Shown: positions 1 to 13,063, numbered from the whole stretch's first letter. The stretch: 61,747 nt of DNA, filler included, from 11 parts of 11 records of this genome joined end to end with filler, not necessarily neighbours in it, one strand, 5' to 3'. The notes: generated from the letters alone by a model not told the origin. Numbers and translations are program-made.

Positions 1-48
1 CGCAACGCACAGCGCGGCCACCAGCAGCAAATGCGCAGCGCTTTTCAT
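1..48 (-). CDS. 5' end of a probable secreted protein (runs off window edge)
   Basis: Reverse strand reads MKSAAHLLLVAALCVA, a signal-peptide-like start. Confidence 0.5.
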   Translation of the reverse strand, partial: MKSAAHLLLVAALCVA

Positions 49-820
49 GGCGATGCTTGGCGATTGAGTCGCCAACGGCAACAATAATAATCAGGTGGAT
101 TTTTTTTTCATCCTGTCGACTCTTGAGTCTTGATACGGTAGGTTCTTGTTCCGCTAGTACAATGGATACAACACCTACTCATCGTAAGAGTAGAGGTTCA
201 ACTTATTATGGTCATTAGCACATACGATGCTTGCACGCCACACTGACCCATATCTACACACACACACCCCTTCAGCTACCCTTCAGCTGGCCGCTAGCGA
301 CCTGCCCCGTCGCCGCAAACCCGCACTCCTCCGAGACCACATGTTTGTATCCGCCCTTATCTACCATCAACGGGAGCTTCTCTCGAGCTGCCTCGGCGCC
401 TAGACCGACCGCTCGGCCGCCTTAGATACACGGCTACCTACCCCATAGGCAGTCCGAGGCTGCAATCACCAGCGCAAACCTATTCCGGGGCCCTGCTCCG
501 CACTAATAGACAGGCCCAGCCAGCCAATACACCCAGGCCGTACGTCACGATGCATTCCGACTGCCCCCGTGCCCACAGCGCCGGAGCGGCCATTGCCAGC
601 AGGGCTTCACTCCCTGCCCCCGAGCCTCGCCCGACCCCCTTCAGGACGCCACCTCGTTTCGCCTCATAACGGCTCAGCGACAGCCACAGCCCCTGGCGCA
701 GTCGGCCCAAATCTGCCCCCGGGCTCGTCGCCGCTCACCGCCGCCGGGCCACACCGGCTTGCCCGCCGATTGGTACATTCCAGGCCACAGGCTCGCTCGT
801 CAACTCCTGCGGCCTCTCAC

Positions 821-3800
821 ATGAGACCCCCGACCAGCCCCAACCGGGCGCAGCGGATCAAACAGCCGGTCCGAGGTCATGTAACGCCCCAGCGCCCGCG
901 CCGACCTGCTCGCCGGCTCCCGCCGGCTGGCGCCGCGCAGCTACCCAAACTTGAGCACAGCGAACACTAGACGCTGGCCGTCCTCCGCTTCCCCTGCGAG
1001 CGCCAGCGCGCTGACCGGGTGGGTGCCGGCCTCGATGGCCGGCCGGGCCTGCTCGATCAGCTGGAGGACCGCTCGGCGGATGGGCCGGGCCGGGGAGAGC
1101 GCGACGATCCGGAGGACGGCGCAGCTCATGCGGGGGAGCACGCGGGCCCTGGCCTCCCCTGGGTCGGCGCAGCAGCCCCGCCCGCCGCTGTTCCCCATCG
1201 CACAGTCCCCGCTGGGTGTCTGCTCGGGTGGGGCTGGAGAGATCCCTTCGAGTTCAGCCGTTGGGTGCAAGGAAATGAAGATGTTTGGGATAGGTGAAGC
1301 GGGCTAGGATGCGCCGGGCGAGCAAGCCCCGGAGGAAGCCTTCTCCGTCCTCGCAGCAGGGCTCGGAGCTGGCTGCGGAGCAGCGAGACGCGCCCGCGGC
1401 AGCCAGCCAGGTCGCACGCCCGGACACGCGGCGGCTGAAGGAGCCTGAGGGTCTTGCTGCGCGTCTGGTTCGGCTCCACTCGGACGCCGGGCTGGCGGCG
1501 GCCTGTGCGCGAAAGGACGAACCCAGACCGGACGGGTCAGGCCTGACGAGGCACGCTGAGGAGGAGTCCAGCGCTCCAGAGGTGGAGCCAGCGCACACTG
1601 CGGACAAGGCAGCGGTGCCAGCGGACGAGCAGGCTGCAGCTGCACAGGGGCTGCGCTTGCTGTCCCCGCCCGGTGGATGCCGGTTGTGGCTCCATGAGGA
1701 GGACGTCGGGACCGGGCCGCTCACCGTGCCTTGCCAGCCCCTGCCTATCTAGCCCAGCCGGCAGGTGGCGACGCTGGCGGGAGTCTCGTGGCTGGCCACG
1801 CTGCAGCCTGCCCATCCGGACGGGTTATTCAAAGCCCCAAGCCTAGGCTCACCCGTGGGCAGGGTGGACCTCACTCTCTCCCGCCCGCCCCGCGAAGGTC
1901 GCCTCACCATCACCCTCCGCTGATAGCTCACAGGTAACCCGGAGCCTCCAAAGCGCGTATCCGAGCCCTGCCTGCTGAGCGGCCCCGGCACGCCAACACA
2001 CAACACGGAGCCGCTGGAGGTGCCACCGCTCAGGGCGTGCTGAGCCCGGGCTACAGGAGGCCGACATCCGGGAGAAGCTGGCGCTCGCGGAGTACCGGGC
2101 GGCTGACTTGTTAGAGATCAGCAAGGTGCTACCGCCTCACCGGGGATGTGGCTGTAAACACCGCGGGCAGGCGGCCGTGAGTCAGCTCCAGCGGGTGAAG
2201 GCATCGCCGTTGCTGGCAGTGCTCCGCCGGAGGGTGGGAGACTCCAACAAACGGTGAGTGTCGCCGTGTGCACGCAAATCGACTTGAATCACGCGACAGG
2301 AGGGTGGCTAGTGTGATTGCCGAGTGGATGGCGGGGGCGCTGCAGGATCTCAACCGGCAGCTGGAGCCGACAGCCACTGAGGAGCCGAGGCTGGAGAGGT
2401 TGGAGTCCGTGAGTAGGCGTTGCTACGGGGGGGCTCAAGGGGGGGCAGGAGAAGGCGGCGGTCGAGGAGGAGCTTGCGATGATGAATCACATGCTGGTGC
2501 GGGCTGGACACTGTCCTAGGCACCAGGCTGGGGATAGGTCAGCGTCAAGACTAACTCGCACGTTGCTGGAGGGCGCCACCTTGTGCAAGTATATATCAAC
2601 CAACAGCCTGCATGCAACTGAGAGCTTGGCATAGGCCGGCCGGAGGAGGGAATCGGCCGCGTGCGGTGGGGCGCTGGCACGGTGGCATCGATCGACCGCT
2701 CGAGCTGTGCTCGAGGCTAAGGTGCTATCGCTCAAGCTGGCGCAGAATACCCGCATCGAGGCGCGGCGAGCCGAGAGCAAACGACTGGGGACCAGGGCGC
2801 TGCGGCTGTTGGGGCTAGTGCTGCGGCGTCGGGGGTGGGAGGCGGCCCGTCGCGTAGCGAGGCTCTGGCGGGCCAGTCAGCAGCGGTGGGGCGGCAGCGT
2901 GGAGAGAGAGGTGGCGGTGGTTGGCGCGCTCGGCTCAGGGCGAGATAGGTAGAGCAGAAGCTGGCCCGAGTTATGCTCGAGCAACGGACAAAACAGGTGA
3001 TTAACTAGTCACTGTTTGCTCAGCAGCCTGACCGCGGGTGCATAGGGCCAGCGGGTGAGCGCGGTGCGGATGCTCGTTCGGGTTGAGTCTCGGCACATGG
3101 TGGGCGTTGCAGCTCAGGCGGTGGGTTGCTGGCGCGTGGCAGTGCGGCAGTGGCAGGTATTGCTGGCCTGGCACAATGTAATTACTGTGATTGTAATGAC
3201 CGGGCACTAACAGTGGTAATGTTACAAAGCAATGCTAACAGAGGGTGTCAGGACGTTATGGATCGCCACATGGAGCTATTCGCCCGGACAATTGAAGCCC
3301 GAATCCGCGGTCTCCGGCTGGCCAGCGCTGTGCTCCAAAGGATGAGCTCGGCCGAGACGGCGACCGCTGTGCGGGCGTGGCGGGCGCACCAGTCAGCCAA
3401 CCCACTTGTGGGCGTCGAGGCCGCTCAGGCGGAGTGGCGCCGACTCAAGCGACAGGCAGCCGGCGCGGCGGAGTCGCCGGCAGCGCTGTGGGCGGATATG
3501 GATGGCCGGGCCTTGGCTGTCGCGGAGTTGGCGCACCGGTGTCGATTCGGATGCATGTTGCTCTCTCTTGCTATTGCCGGGCGAGGCCAGCTCTTCGCAC
3601 TGCACCGGTGGACGGTCAATGCGATGAGGGCTGCAAAGGCTGAGCTCGTGGACCGAATGGACCTCGATATGGGCACTCTCCGCTGTGCGGCGCTTGCTCG
3701 AATCGTGCAGCGGTTTGCTATCGTGGCCGAGCACGAGCAGCGGCAGGCCGCAAGGACTTGGCGGATTAAAGTGCGTTAAGCAGGCCGAGTGAGCTGTGAC

Positions 3801-6223
3801 GGTGGTTTAGGTTAAGAGAAGCCAGGCGGCCGAGGCCCAGCACGAGTGGCTCCAGATGGTCCAAGCGCTCCAAGCCAAGCTCGACTCTCTCGTCCAGGCG
3901 ACCCAACCGCAGCCCGTGAGAGCTGATCCGGACTGGGTGCAGGGCTCGCAAACAGCGGCGCTTCGTAAGCTGCAGCATCTGGGCTTTCAGCAGGCCGCGG
4001 GGAGGCTTGTGCCGCTCATAGCGGTCTGGCGGAGCACAATGCGGCAATTCAAACGAGATTTGGAGATCTGGCGCGCAGCCTTTGACGACCGGTTGAGGTA
4101 ATAATGTGCTAGTTGGGCGCTCGAGCTCTCCGCAGGTCTCTCCAGTTGCTCCGGGGGACTGCAACCCGGATCTGCAAGGCAAGTGCAGGTCGCCACTGCC
4201 TTGAAAGCAGTCAGACTGACAGCAATGACTGTGCAGTCGAAGCGCTCCGCTGGTGGGCGATCAAAACAGCGATTGCAGCGCCCATTCTGGCCCAGTCCCG
4301 GAGTAACTGCAGAGTCCAAGCGATTGCAACGCGCATGCTGGACAAGTCCGTGATGAAGCGGACGAGGCGCGAGCTTATTCTGGTCTTGAACCAGTGGCAG
4401 ACGCAGCAGCAGCAGGCCGCTTTGCTTGAGACGACCAGATATGTTCAAGCGCAGCGGCGGGGGCAAGCGGTGGCTGCAACAGGCTCTGTGCTCGTCCAGT
4501 GGAGGCAGAGGCTGTGCCGGTCGTCGCTGCACCAGTGGAGAGCGGGGCTGTTCGAAGCAGCGGCCTCGACAGTGCGGCAGCAGATGGAAGGGTTGCTCGC
4601 CAGTACGCTGCTGGACACAGGCCTGGTCCGAATGCGCAGGGTGATGGCTCAGGCCATAACTTCCGAGATCAGAGGGGGCTGTGCTGCGGCGATACGCGAC
4701 TGGCGGCTGCAGGTGGCAGCTGGTGTCGGTCTGTGCTCTGAGGGCTGGGGCAGGTGCTCGATGCCGCGAGGGAGTTTCGGGTGCAGGTGCGACCCGTCTT
4801 ATATCACAAATACTTGCCCCATCATAGCTGCCTGACACGAGCACAGGTGCATATGGCGGAGGCGGCGCGGGTGCAGATGCTACAAGCCTTTCGCTATAAG
4901 AGGGCCTCCCGCCGCACCTCACTGCTGCTTCTGACTCAGCTGCTGTCGCGATCAACTCTACTGCAGGCCAAGCACGCAGTGGTCGGTTGGCGCTCCGTGC
5001 AGACCCGGGACATGGGCACGCAGCGGCATGCGCTCAAGCTTGCGGGGTCCGTGCTGGTCCAAATTGGCTCGGTCGCAGTCGGGCGCGCGTTCTGGACCTG
5101 GCACGGGGGACAGCAAGCGGCCAGCGCTCACATAACCGAGGTTTCGGTCGCGTGGCTTGCCGGAATCCGGCGGGTTCGAGCGGTGACCAACCGCAGGATC
5201 TCGCAGCAAGTCGACGCGGCGGTGCAGGTGAGTTGGGGTGCTGGGTGTGGCTAGCATTGGGTCAGGTGTGGCGGTGGGCGTGTCAACACATCAACTGGGA
5301 GAAGGAAGGTTTCCAGGTGCTTGCCGACGAGGTGCGGCCAGCCCAGGCTCCCTCGCCTCACCGGATCGGCCGGAGGTGTCGCTGATGCGTCTCAAGCTCA
5401 AAGCCAAAATGGGTCAGGACATGCGCACCGCCGGTGAGTCGCACCTGGGGCAGCACTCAGCGTTCCTAATGACAGGTCTAAGAATTGGGCGGCAAGCTCT
5501 CGCCCGCCGTCAGCGGGATGCAGTCAAGGCTGGGCTAGTGTGCTGGCGGATGAGTCAACAAGAGTGTGCCACCACCTCCAAACTCCGGCAGGAGCTCTCA
5601 GAGAAAATGCACGCGCTTCAGCAGTCACTTGGAAAGGTTGGCACTGCTTTGATCCCCCCAACAGCTGAGCCTGCTGGTCTCAGGAAGCGTTGAGGGTCAG
5701 CATCGAAGCAAGGCGCTCCGAGACTGTAAACCGTTCTCTCAAACAGGAAGTAGCTAGAGTCCAAGCGCTGGTGGTGAAATCACGACCTGAGCTGGAACCG
5801 CTTTCCGATCTCGGGAGGCGGGCGCGGATGCTCCGCCGGATTGCGCACTGGGCGATTCAAGTCAAGTGTAGGGGCGCGGTGCCAGCTTGCTGATTGGGCA
5901 TGCTGAAATTGGTCTGGTAGGTGCGGATTTGGCACATGGAGGTGCTCCTTGGGGCGATGCTCTCGGTATCTGCTGGTACTGGCCAGTGGCTCTAGCCGTG
6001 GGGGGTTTGCAGATGATGGATTACGAGATTGGGAAGAGAGAGCAGGAGGTCGTCAAGTACGCGTGGGCGGCGGAGCAGCTGGAGCGGCAGCAGAGCGGGG
6101 CGCAGGCACTGCTGTAACTGAGATGGAGGCTAACGTTGTGGGCAGCGCGAGGCGTCACAAGTGGCGGTGATGGCAAGCGATTTGAGTGCTAACCTTGATG
6201 GGATCCGGCGCGACTTTGCATAG
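821..6223 (+). CDS. Large multi-exon helical/coiled-coil protein with recurring xxxWR/WQ motifs (Sfi1-like); start and exon borders approximate
   Basis: Chain of + strand ORFs (2268, 2707, 3126, 3856, 4113, 4754, 5238, 5690) linked by short GT..AG introns. Repeated AVRAWR, RTWR, LNQWQ, VQWR, VGWR, VCWR motifs. Stop TAG at 6221-6223, then AT-rich DNA. Confidence 0.45.
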
Positions 6224-6475
6224 GGACCAGACGCGCTTTGATTCATGAATCGGTTGATTTGCTCTCGTGCTCTATGGATACAATCATACATGTATATAAT
6301 TTACATAATTTGGACATCTTTATTCATTTCTTGGTAATTTTTGGGATAAGAAAATTAATAGACTCCTAGGTACTCGATTCCGAGTCCTGAAGATAGGAGC
6401 CCCCACTTATTACTCGTAGCACCGCATGCCACTCTGGTGAGGCAGTATATATATAAATCCTAAAACATTAGCAGC

Positions 6476-6575
6476 NNNNNNNNNNNNNNNNNNNNNNNNN
6501 NNNNNNNNNNNNNNNNNNNTTAATTAATTAANNNNNNNNNNNNNNNNNNNNNNNNNNNNNNNNNNNNNNNNNNNN
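6476..6575. other. Artificial contig spacer
   Basis: N-run + TTAATTAATTAA + N-run, 100 nt. Confidence 0.98.
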
Positions 6576-6680
6576 CACCCCCTGGAGCTGGCGACTTATG
6601 ATTAAGCACCGAGGCATTCGGAGAACAACAGCAACACGGCGTCCGTTATTTCGCGGGTGGCCGTGGCCCGTGGATCTCCG

Positions 6681-7760
6681 ATGGGTGGCCCGGTCTGGCG
6701 CCCAGTGCTCGGGCTGCTACTCCAGCTGCTCCTGCTTCCGGGCGCCAGCGCCGATCTGGCCCGCGGGGCGCTTCGCTTTGGGCTGATCACAGACCTACAC
6801 TACGCCGACTGGAACACGACCGGGACCCGGTACTACAGGGACTCAATCCCCAAGGCCCGCGATGCGGTCAAAGCCATCGACTCGTATGGGCCAGACCTCT
6901 TGGTCAACATTGGCGACATCAAGGACGTCACTGGCCCGTGCGGGACTGCCGCCTCGACCAAGGCCGGCAACGTGAGCGCGGCATGCGTGGCGGAGACGCT
7001 TGGGTTCGTGGACAGGATCCAGGGCGAGGTGGCTGGGCTCTACCGCGGCCCAATATACCACGTGCTCGGGAACCACGACGTCGACATCCTCAGCCAGCCC
7101 GAGGTGCTTTCCCATCTGCGCAACTTCAACCAGACGAAGACGCTGGACCACTACGCGATCCGGACCTCCACCAAGCTTCGCTTCCTGGTGCTCAACGGCA
7201 ACTTTAACGCGGCCAGCGAACCGTGGTCTGACTTGAACAGCGGCGGGGTGCCAGGGCGGGCGCCGCACGGTGAGGCCTGGGACGGAGCCTGGGTGAACGC
7301 GGAGCAGCTGGAGTGGCTCGCAGAGGAGCTCGCTCAGTCCAAAGCCGCAGGCGAACGCGTGATCGTGTTCCTCCACTACCGGCTCGACGGTGGGCCAGGT
7401 GGCCCCGTCAACTGCACGGCGGCGACGGAATGCGGTCGGCGGAATAACAGCGCGTGGGTCGATGACTGCACACTTAAGAACGCCGCCGCAGTCAGGGACG
7501 TGCTCGTCGGTTCGGAAGTGGTGCTGGCCACGTTTGGAGGGCACGACCATATCCCGTACCCGCCTTGGAGCACCACGGGCGGTGGTGAGACCGGTGGCGG
7601 CGTGCTGCTCTTCACGCACCACGGGATGATAGAGGGCTCATACGCCAGCTCGAATGCTTACTCAGTGGTCGACGTTGATCAGAACTGCACAATTCGCGTC
7701 ACTGGCTTTGCCAACGCAACGTCGCTCACGTATCCGGGCCCCGCAGGGTGCACCATTTAG
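6681..7760 (+). CDS. Secreted calcineurin-like metallophosphoesterase (ADP-ribose/CDP-alcohol diphosphatase-like), intronless
   Basis: Signal peptide; motifs DLH, NIGD, GNHD, FLHY, GHDH in canonical order. Confidence 0.85.
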   Translation: MGGPVWRPVLGLLLQLLLLPGASADLARGALRFGLITDLHYADWNTTGTRYYRDSIPKARDAVKAIDSYGPDLLVNIGDIKDVTGPCGTAASTKAGNVSAACVAETLGFVDRIQGEVAGLYRGPIYHVLGNHDVDILSQPEVLSHLRNFNQTKTLDHYAIRTSTKLRFLVLNGNFNAASEPWSDLNSGGVPGRAPHGEAWDGAWVNAEQLEWLAEELAQSKAAGERVIVFLHYRLDGGPGGPVNCTAATECGRRNNSAWVDDCTLKNAAAVRDVLVGSEVVLATFGGHDHIPYPPWSTTGGGETGGGVLLFTHHGMIEGSYASSNAYSVVDVDQNCTIRVTGFANATSLTYPGPAGCTI

Positions 7761-7917
7761 TGATGGCGCCGGCGTCGGCATAATTATGATGACGAAAGTC
7801 GAAATGGGTTGATTCATAGGTATTCATAGGAATCATGGGGAGTTGGTCAATAGAGACAGAATGTTAGCGCATATCAATGTGGACAGTCTAACTACTGTAC
7901 AGGATAACGTTGTGGCT

Positions 7918-8004
7918 AGTACTTCGGACAAGTCGTTTATCAACCCACCAAATGTTGTACATAGCTAGTACAAGCATTTACAAGTACTTCGGACAAGTCG
8001 TTTA
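7918..8004. repeat. Intergenic direct repeat AGTACTTCGGACAAGTCGTTTA x2
   Basis: Copies at about 7918-7939 and 7983-8004. Confidence 0.8.
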
Positions 8005-8402
8005 CCCCGGGAACGGCGTCCGTTATTAATTTTCGCCAAGGTGATTTCCTAGTACATGTAGTCAGTGAATTGTCAGTTTTCATTTAAAATTGTCGAACTG
8101 TTACCAAAGTGACTCATACTCGTATGATCGCGTAGATCGTAGAGTGAGCCTGCAACGCTTTCTATTCGCTTCCTCTATACATGTTCCTATGTTCCTAGAA
8201 TGATCAATGACCTGCAATGACATGAAGATTGTAACTCCATCGCTCCATCTCATTCATCTTGAGCACAATCATGACTATGAGCAAAACGGAGGAAAACCCA
8301 TACGATGCATTTAAGTTGCGACTTGGTTCGTAACGCGTTCCTACATGTTTTGAACATGTAGGTAAAATCGCAAAAACATGCAGGGTTGTCGGGCAATGCC
8401 GA

Positions 8403-10568
8403 CTAGATTGTTGTGCTGTTCCAGTGTGCGTCCCTCAGCCACTCAGCAACGATGTATGGGTGAAGGTCCTCCCATTCATAATCGCCGCAAGCGGCTTCGG
8501 AGTATTGATGCATTTGCTTAATCTCAAACATGATGTTGTACGTCTCCCCTTGCCTTTGAGCCCACGGTGGCTGCCTTGGCGACCTTTGAAGGAGACCAAC
8601 CAATGCAAGTTGATCACGAACAAAGGCTTTGTGAGAAAGTCGCCCAGTTTCCAGACGCCGTTCGAGATGAATGGTGGCATCAAGTGCATCAGTTGGAGAG
8701 ATCCAGTTAAACGGCGCAGCGTCAATGATCCAGCATCTTTCACTGCGAACACTCCTGAAGACGATGCTGGGAGGCATCTCTTTCGGATCATGCTGGGGAT
8801 CGTAGTAACCAAACGGCCCAGCGGTCAGTCGGTTATCCAGAAACTCTTCAGGATTAGCATCAGATCCTCTCATGCTTCCCTCCAGCAGCGCGACAGATAG
8901 ATCAGACTTACGCTGCACCATAAATCGCATGTCAATCGCGTGTACCCGGTCCAGTGGATAAATGCTGGCACCAGTGGATGAAACACCGAGTGGAATTTCA
9001 CTGATGAAGTGCTCAAACTGTGCAGTGCTCACAGCACCCTTGATGAAAGCTCCGTCGCCAAGAGCGACCGGAAACGCCATTGTGCCCACTGGTGAATTAA
9101 ACTCTACCCAGAAGCTGAACTTCTCATTCATCTCGGCAGTAGTGGGTAGAGATGGCGCCGGTGCCACAATCTTGGACCACAGCTGAGGATCAACTCCCAT
9201 GGCAGAGAAGGCACTATTCCTCGGCTGCGCCCAGTCAACCTGCACCGCCTCTCGCCACAGCTCCTTTTGGTAGATTCTTTCGATCTGGCGCCAGCGGACA
9301 GATACCATGGTTGCTCGAGCTAGATCTTTCGGAGCCAGCTTCAACATGATCAGGCGCAAGCCTGCGAGGTGCTTGTCGGTGGAACCCTCTGGCCCATTCA
9401 CCACAAGGTTACAAGAGGAGCCATCGTCTCGTTTGCAGAGTGGTTCCAGATGCGGTGACGGCGGAGCCGGAGGAGGCTGAGCAGCCGAAGGACCACCGAG
9501 CTGTGCAGGTGTGGTCGCACCAGCCAGCTGAGTGGGGATCCGTCCTCCGCTGTACATTGAAGGAGCTGTGTCAACTTTAGGAAGCTTGTCAGTATCAACA
9601 GGCGCGTAGCAACGCATGAAGCGAGCTTGTGAAGCACCTTCATGGCTCGCATAAATAAAGCCACCGGAATCCAAGCAGAGCTGACCTCAACGTCAGCTGG
9701 GTGTGCATGAGCCGCACCGTGTCAGGAGTTGCGTCTGGCTGGACTTCCTGTCCTCTTCACCAAAAGCGCATGGCCACCTGCTGACGCAGATCAGAAACCC
9801 CCTCGTGTGGCATACCTGCCGGCTCGAGCGGTGGCTGGTGTGTGTGTACCCCCACCAGGCTCACAGCGAATCGCAGCGGGTCAACTTTACAACATTTCCC
9901 GGTTTTCGGCGTACTTGCTCATGACCAACCGCATCGGGCTTTTCGGCTTCATTCGGAAATTAACTGAACCGCGCACCTTGCCACCCTCGAGAAGCAGGGT
10001 ATACCAGGCGTCCCGTCAGGCCCAACGACGATAATCTCGATTGCATTCGTCTTCGGACCCCTCTGGAACGATTCTTGTACCACCAGCACGTCGCCCTCGA
10101 CCAGTCCGAGCTGCCCAGCGCGTTCTAGCCCACCGACGGCGGTATGGAACCTCGGCCGGCGTGGCGGCTGGATCAATCCGAGCGCCAGTAGTGTTCACAT
10201 CTCTCCGGAAGAATGCCCGGTCAACGACCCAGCGTACGTCATCGAGGACCGGCAGATTAAACACGTTCGCCGTATAGTCATCAATAAGCACTTCCATCCT
10301 CTTGTCCCGGGGAATTTTGTATTGGACTGCCACCCCCTCCTCACACCGGGCTGTGGGAGCCAGGCGGCCGGCTTGCGTTTCACCTTCGACGCCATCCTGC
10401 GGCGCACCAAGGTGAGCCAACATGGTGGGATACGTTGCGAGGCACCCGGCTGACGAGCAGATGGAGGCAGTCAGAATCAGGTCGTTGGTAACTCAGGTCG
10501 CGGAGCGGTCGGTCACCGCGCATCAGCAATGTCCTGAAGTCTTCAGGATGGAGATGGAACCGCGCCAT
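8403..10568 (-). CDS. Tandem SUMO-like domains + F-box + unknown C-terminal domain (spliced)
   Basis: Spliced exons give CLHLLVSRDG..VQYKIPRDKRMEVLIDDY..RIDPAATPAE/LGLVEGDVL and FRMKPKSPMRLVMSKY..GQEVQPDATPDT/LCLDSGGFI (SUMO-like). F-box-like LIMLKLAPKDLARATMVSVRWRQI in ORF 8403-9674. Confidence 0.6.
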
Positions 10569-10606
10569 GTGGAAGTAAGTCGAGCCGGATGTCCGTTACC
10601 AAAAAA

Positions 10607-11996
10607 ATGGGCGCTCTGCGCTTTGGCCTCCTCTTGGCGGGGCTGGTGGCGTCAGGCTGGGGGATCCGGCACCCGGGCGGCTGGCACACAGCTGCAGACA
10701 TCGCCCGAATCCGGGCGCAAATTGGATCCGGCCGCGAGCCGTGGGCCACCGCCTACAAGGCGCTGATGAACTACAGCGGAGTGGGCCAGCTCGGGTACGA
10801 GCCGCAGCCGCAGCCGGTGGTGCATAGGGACTGTTGCGACGCCCACCCGGACAATCGGGGCAACACACAGTTCGAACAAGACGGGATTCAGTCGTACTAC
10901 CTCATGCTCAAGTGGATCGCCACCGACGACAGCCGGTACGCGGACACAGCCGAGCGGGTGATCGACGGTTGGAGCGCGGTACTGACCGGGTTCGCCGGTC
11001 ATGACCAGATGCTCGCCGCCGGGATATACGGTGCGTGAGCTGTTATTAGCGCTGATGGCCGGTGCGGTAGGCTCGCATATGGCCCAGGCGGCCGAGTTAC
11101 TGGCGTTCGCCAAGCCGTCGTGGCCTGGCAAGCCACGGGCGCAGGTACATGCCGAGCAGATTGAGCACATGCGACTGATGAGTGAATAGGATATGTTTCG
11201 CAACGTGATCCACCCCGTCTGCTCAGAGTTCTGTGGTCGGAGCAGCAATGGGCCGCCACTGCCTAAGCCTCAGACCTGCACAAGCGGTGCGAACGGCAAT
11301 TGGGACGCGTGCTGCATGTCTGGGGTGGCTTCGTGGGCAGTATTCCTCGACAACGCGACAATGCTCCAAACTGTGCTCGACTACTACAAGGCTGGTCGGG
11401 GCAGCGGCAGGCTTGAGCATTATATCTACGAGAGCGGGCAGTGCCAGGAGTCTGGGAGGGATCAGGGGCACACCCAGCTCGGGCTGTCCAAGCTGACTGA
11501 GACAGCGCTCACTCTGTACAACGCACTCAACAACACGGAGCCGTTTACATATGCAAACTACAGGCTACGGGCCGGGCTCGAGTACACCGCCCGGTACAAT
11601 CTGGGTGGGCAGGTGAAGTTTGAGCCGAACGGAGGCTGCCCGGGCTGTGAGAGCTGCCGCAAAGTCTATCCAGGCGACTGGTGCTTCAAGGCCGTCTCAA
11701 ACCGGTCAGGATGGACTCAAATGTGGGAAATGGCGGCCGCAATCTTCGGGAAGAGCGCTCCGTACACCCAACGGGTGGTGGGCTCACAGACTTGCCAGCG
11801 TAGCCTGACTGGCTCCTACTGCGATCCTCACCCAGTGTGCCAGCCACCAGCGCCGCCAGGCTCCAACTCGCACTCGGTGTGTATTGACGGCGCCAAGTAT
11901 GGCAATGGGAGCGAGAGCTACAGGCCGGAGCAGCTAGGAGAGGGCCCCGGGCTTGGTACGCTCACCTTCTATGGAATGCCTCAGCCACCGCTATGA
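10607..11996 (+). CDS. Secreted alginate-lyase-family-like protein
   Basis: Signal peptide; HPGGWHT..REPW, NGNWD, GQCQESGRDQGHTQLGL motifs. Introns 11031-11070 and 11145-11189. Confidence 0.75.
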
Positions 11997-12261
11997 CATT
12001 ATAGTAAGAGCTAGTAAGTCTATTATAGTGAGCGCTAGTAAGAGCTAGCCGGCGCCTAGACCTACATGCGCATGCTTGTATTGAAGGTGTCAGATCTTTA
12101 GTATTGAACGCACATTTACCCATTGTGATTAATTTTTAATCAATTTTCATTCGTTGTCATTCGTTGCCCCGGTCTGCTTACGGTCTGTACGGTCTGCTAT
12201 CATTATACAGATTATTGCAGCCTGCAACAAGACGGATCCATAATTAATCCATACTAGTACA

Positions 12262-12963
12262 CTACATGAAGATGGCAACACAGATGTGTACCAGGATGAC
12301 AGCCAAGAGCCATGCGGCTGACAACCGCAACCAAAATCTTTGCTCTTCTAGCGTTGCTTGAGGTGCCATTTTTAAGCAGCCATCGGGTTGTGAGCTCTCC
12401 TCTGGTCTGTCGCGCCACTCCTCTTCTGCCGGAACTTGGCCTTTCGTACCACTCAGTTCGATTTCACTTTCATCGTCTTGCAGAGACTTGAACAAAGGCC
12501 GAATCGCAGACCTCGCCCTGATGTTCGATTCGATTATCTCCGTGCTCGTGGTCCGCAGCTCCGCCACTTTCTCACGGAATGAATCAACAAGACTGTCGGA
12601 GCTGCCTTGCGGTGCTGGCTGTGTTTCTGCCATATGTTGCGTCGCCTGGAACAAGGCCAGTTCCTTCTGCAACTTGCGCTCCGAGCTTTGCACTCTCACG
12701 AGCTCCACCTCGACCTCATTGTTCGTAGCAGTCAATCGCTCTATCTCATTGCGCATTGATACCACAAGCTGTTCAGAGTCTTGGAGTTTAACCTCAACAT
12801 CCCTGCCCCGGTGCCATTCTTGCAACTGAGCTATCTGTTCCTTCAAATCGTCCACCTCTTGGGTGGAGCTCTGCGACCGTGTCACTTCCGCTTCAGCTCT
12901 AGTTTGCAGCCGAGTTATTTCCGCTTCAGATCTGGTCTTAGCGAGCCTCAGCCCAGCGACCTC
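12262..12963 (-). CDS. 3' part of a coiled-coil protein with C-terminal transmembrane anchor
   Basis: Heptad-rich ORF ending WLLAVILVHICVAIFM; truncated at contig edge. Confidence 0.6.
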   Translation of the reverse strand, partial: EVAGLRLAKTRSEAEITRLQTRAEAEVTRSQSSTQEVDDLKEQIAQLQEWHRGRDVEVKLQDSEQLVVSMRNEIERLTATNNEVEVELVRVQSSERKLQKELALFQATQHMAETQPAPQGSSDSLVDSFREKVAELRTTSTEIIESNIRARSAIRPLFKSLQDDESEIELSGTKGQVPAEEEWRDRPEESSQPDGCLKMAPQATLEEQRFWLRLSAAWLLAVILVHICVAIFM

Positions 12964-13063
12964 NNNNNNNNNNNNNNNNNNNNNNNNNNNNNNNNNNNNN
13001 NNNNNNNTTAATTAATTAANNNNNNNNNNNNNNNNNNNNNNNNNNNNNNNNNNNNNNNNNNNN
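12964..13063. other. Artificial contig spacer
   Basis: N-run + TTAATTAATTAA. Confidence 0.98.

Noticed and set aside
7918-8004. Direct repeat pair as a possible CRISPR array
   Set aside because: Only two copies, no cas genes, eukaryotic context.
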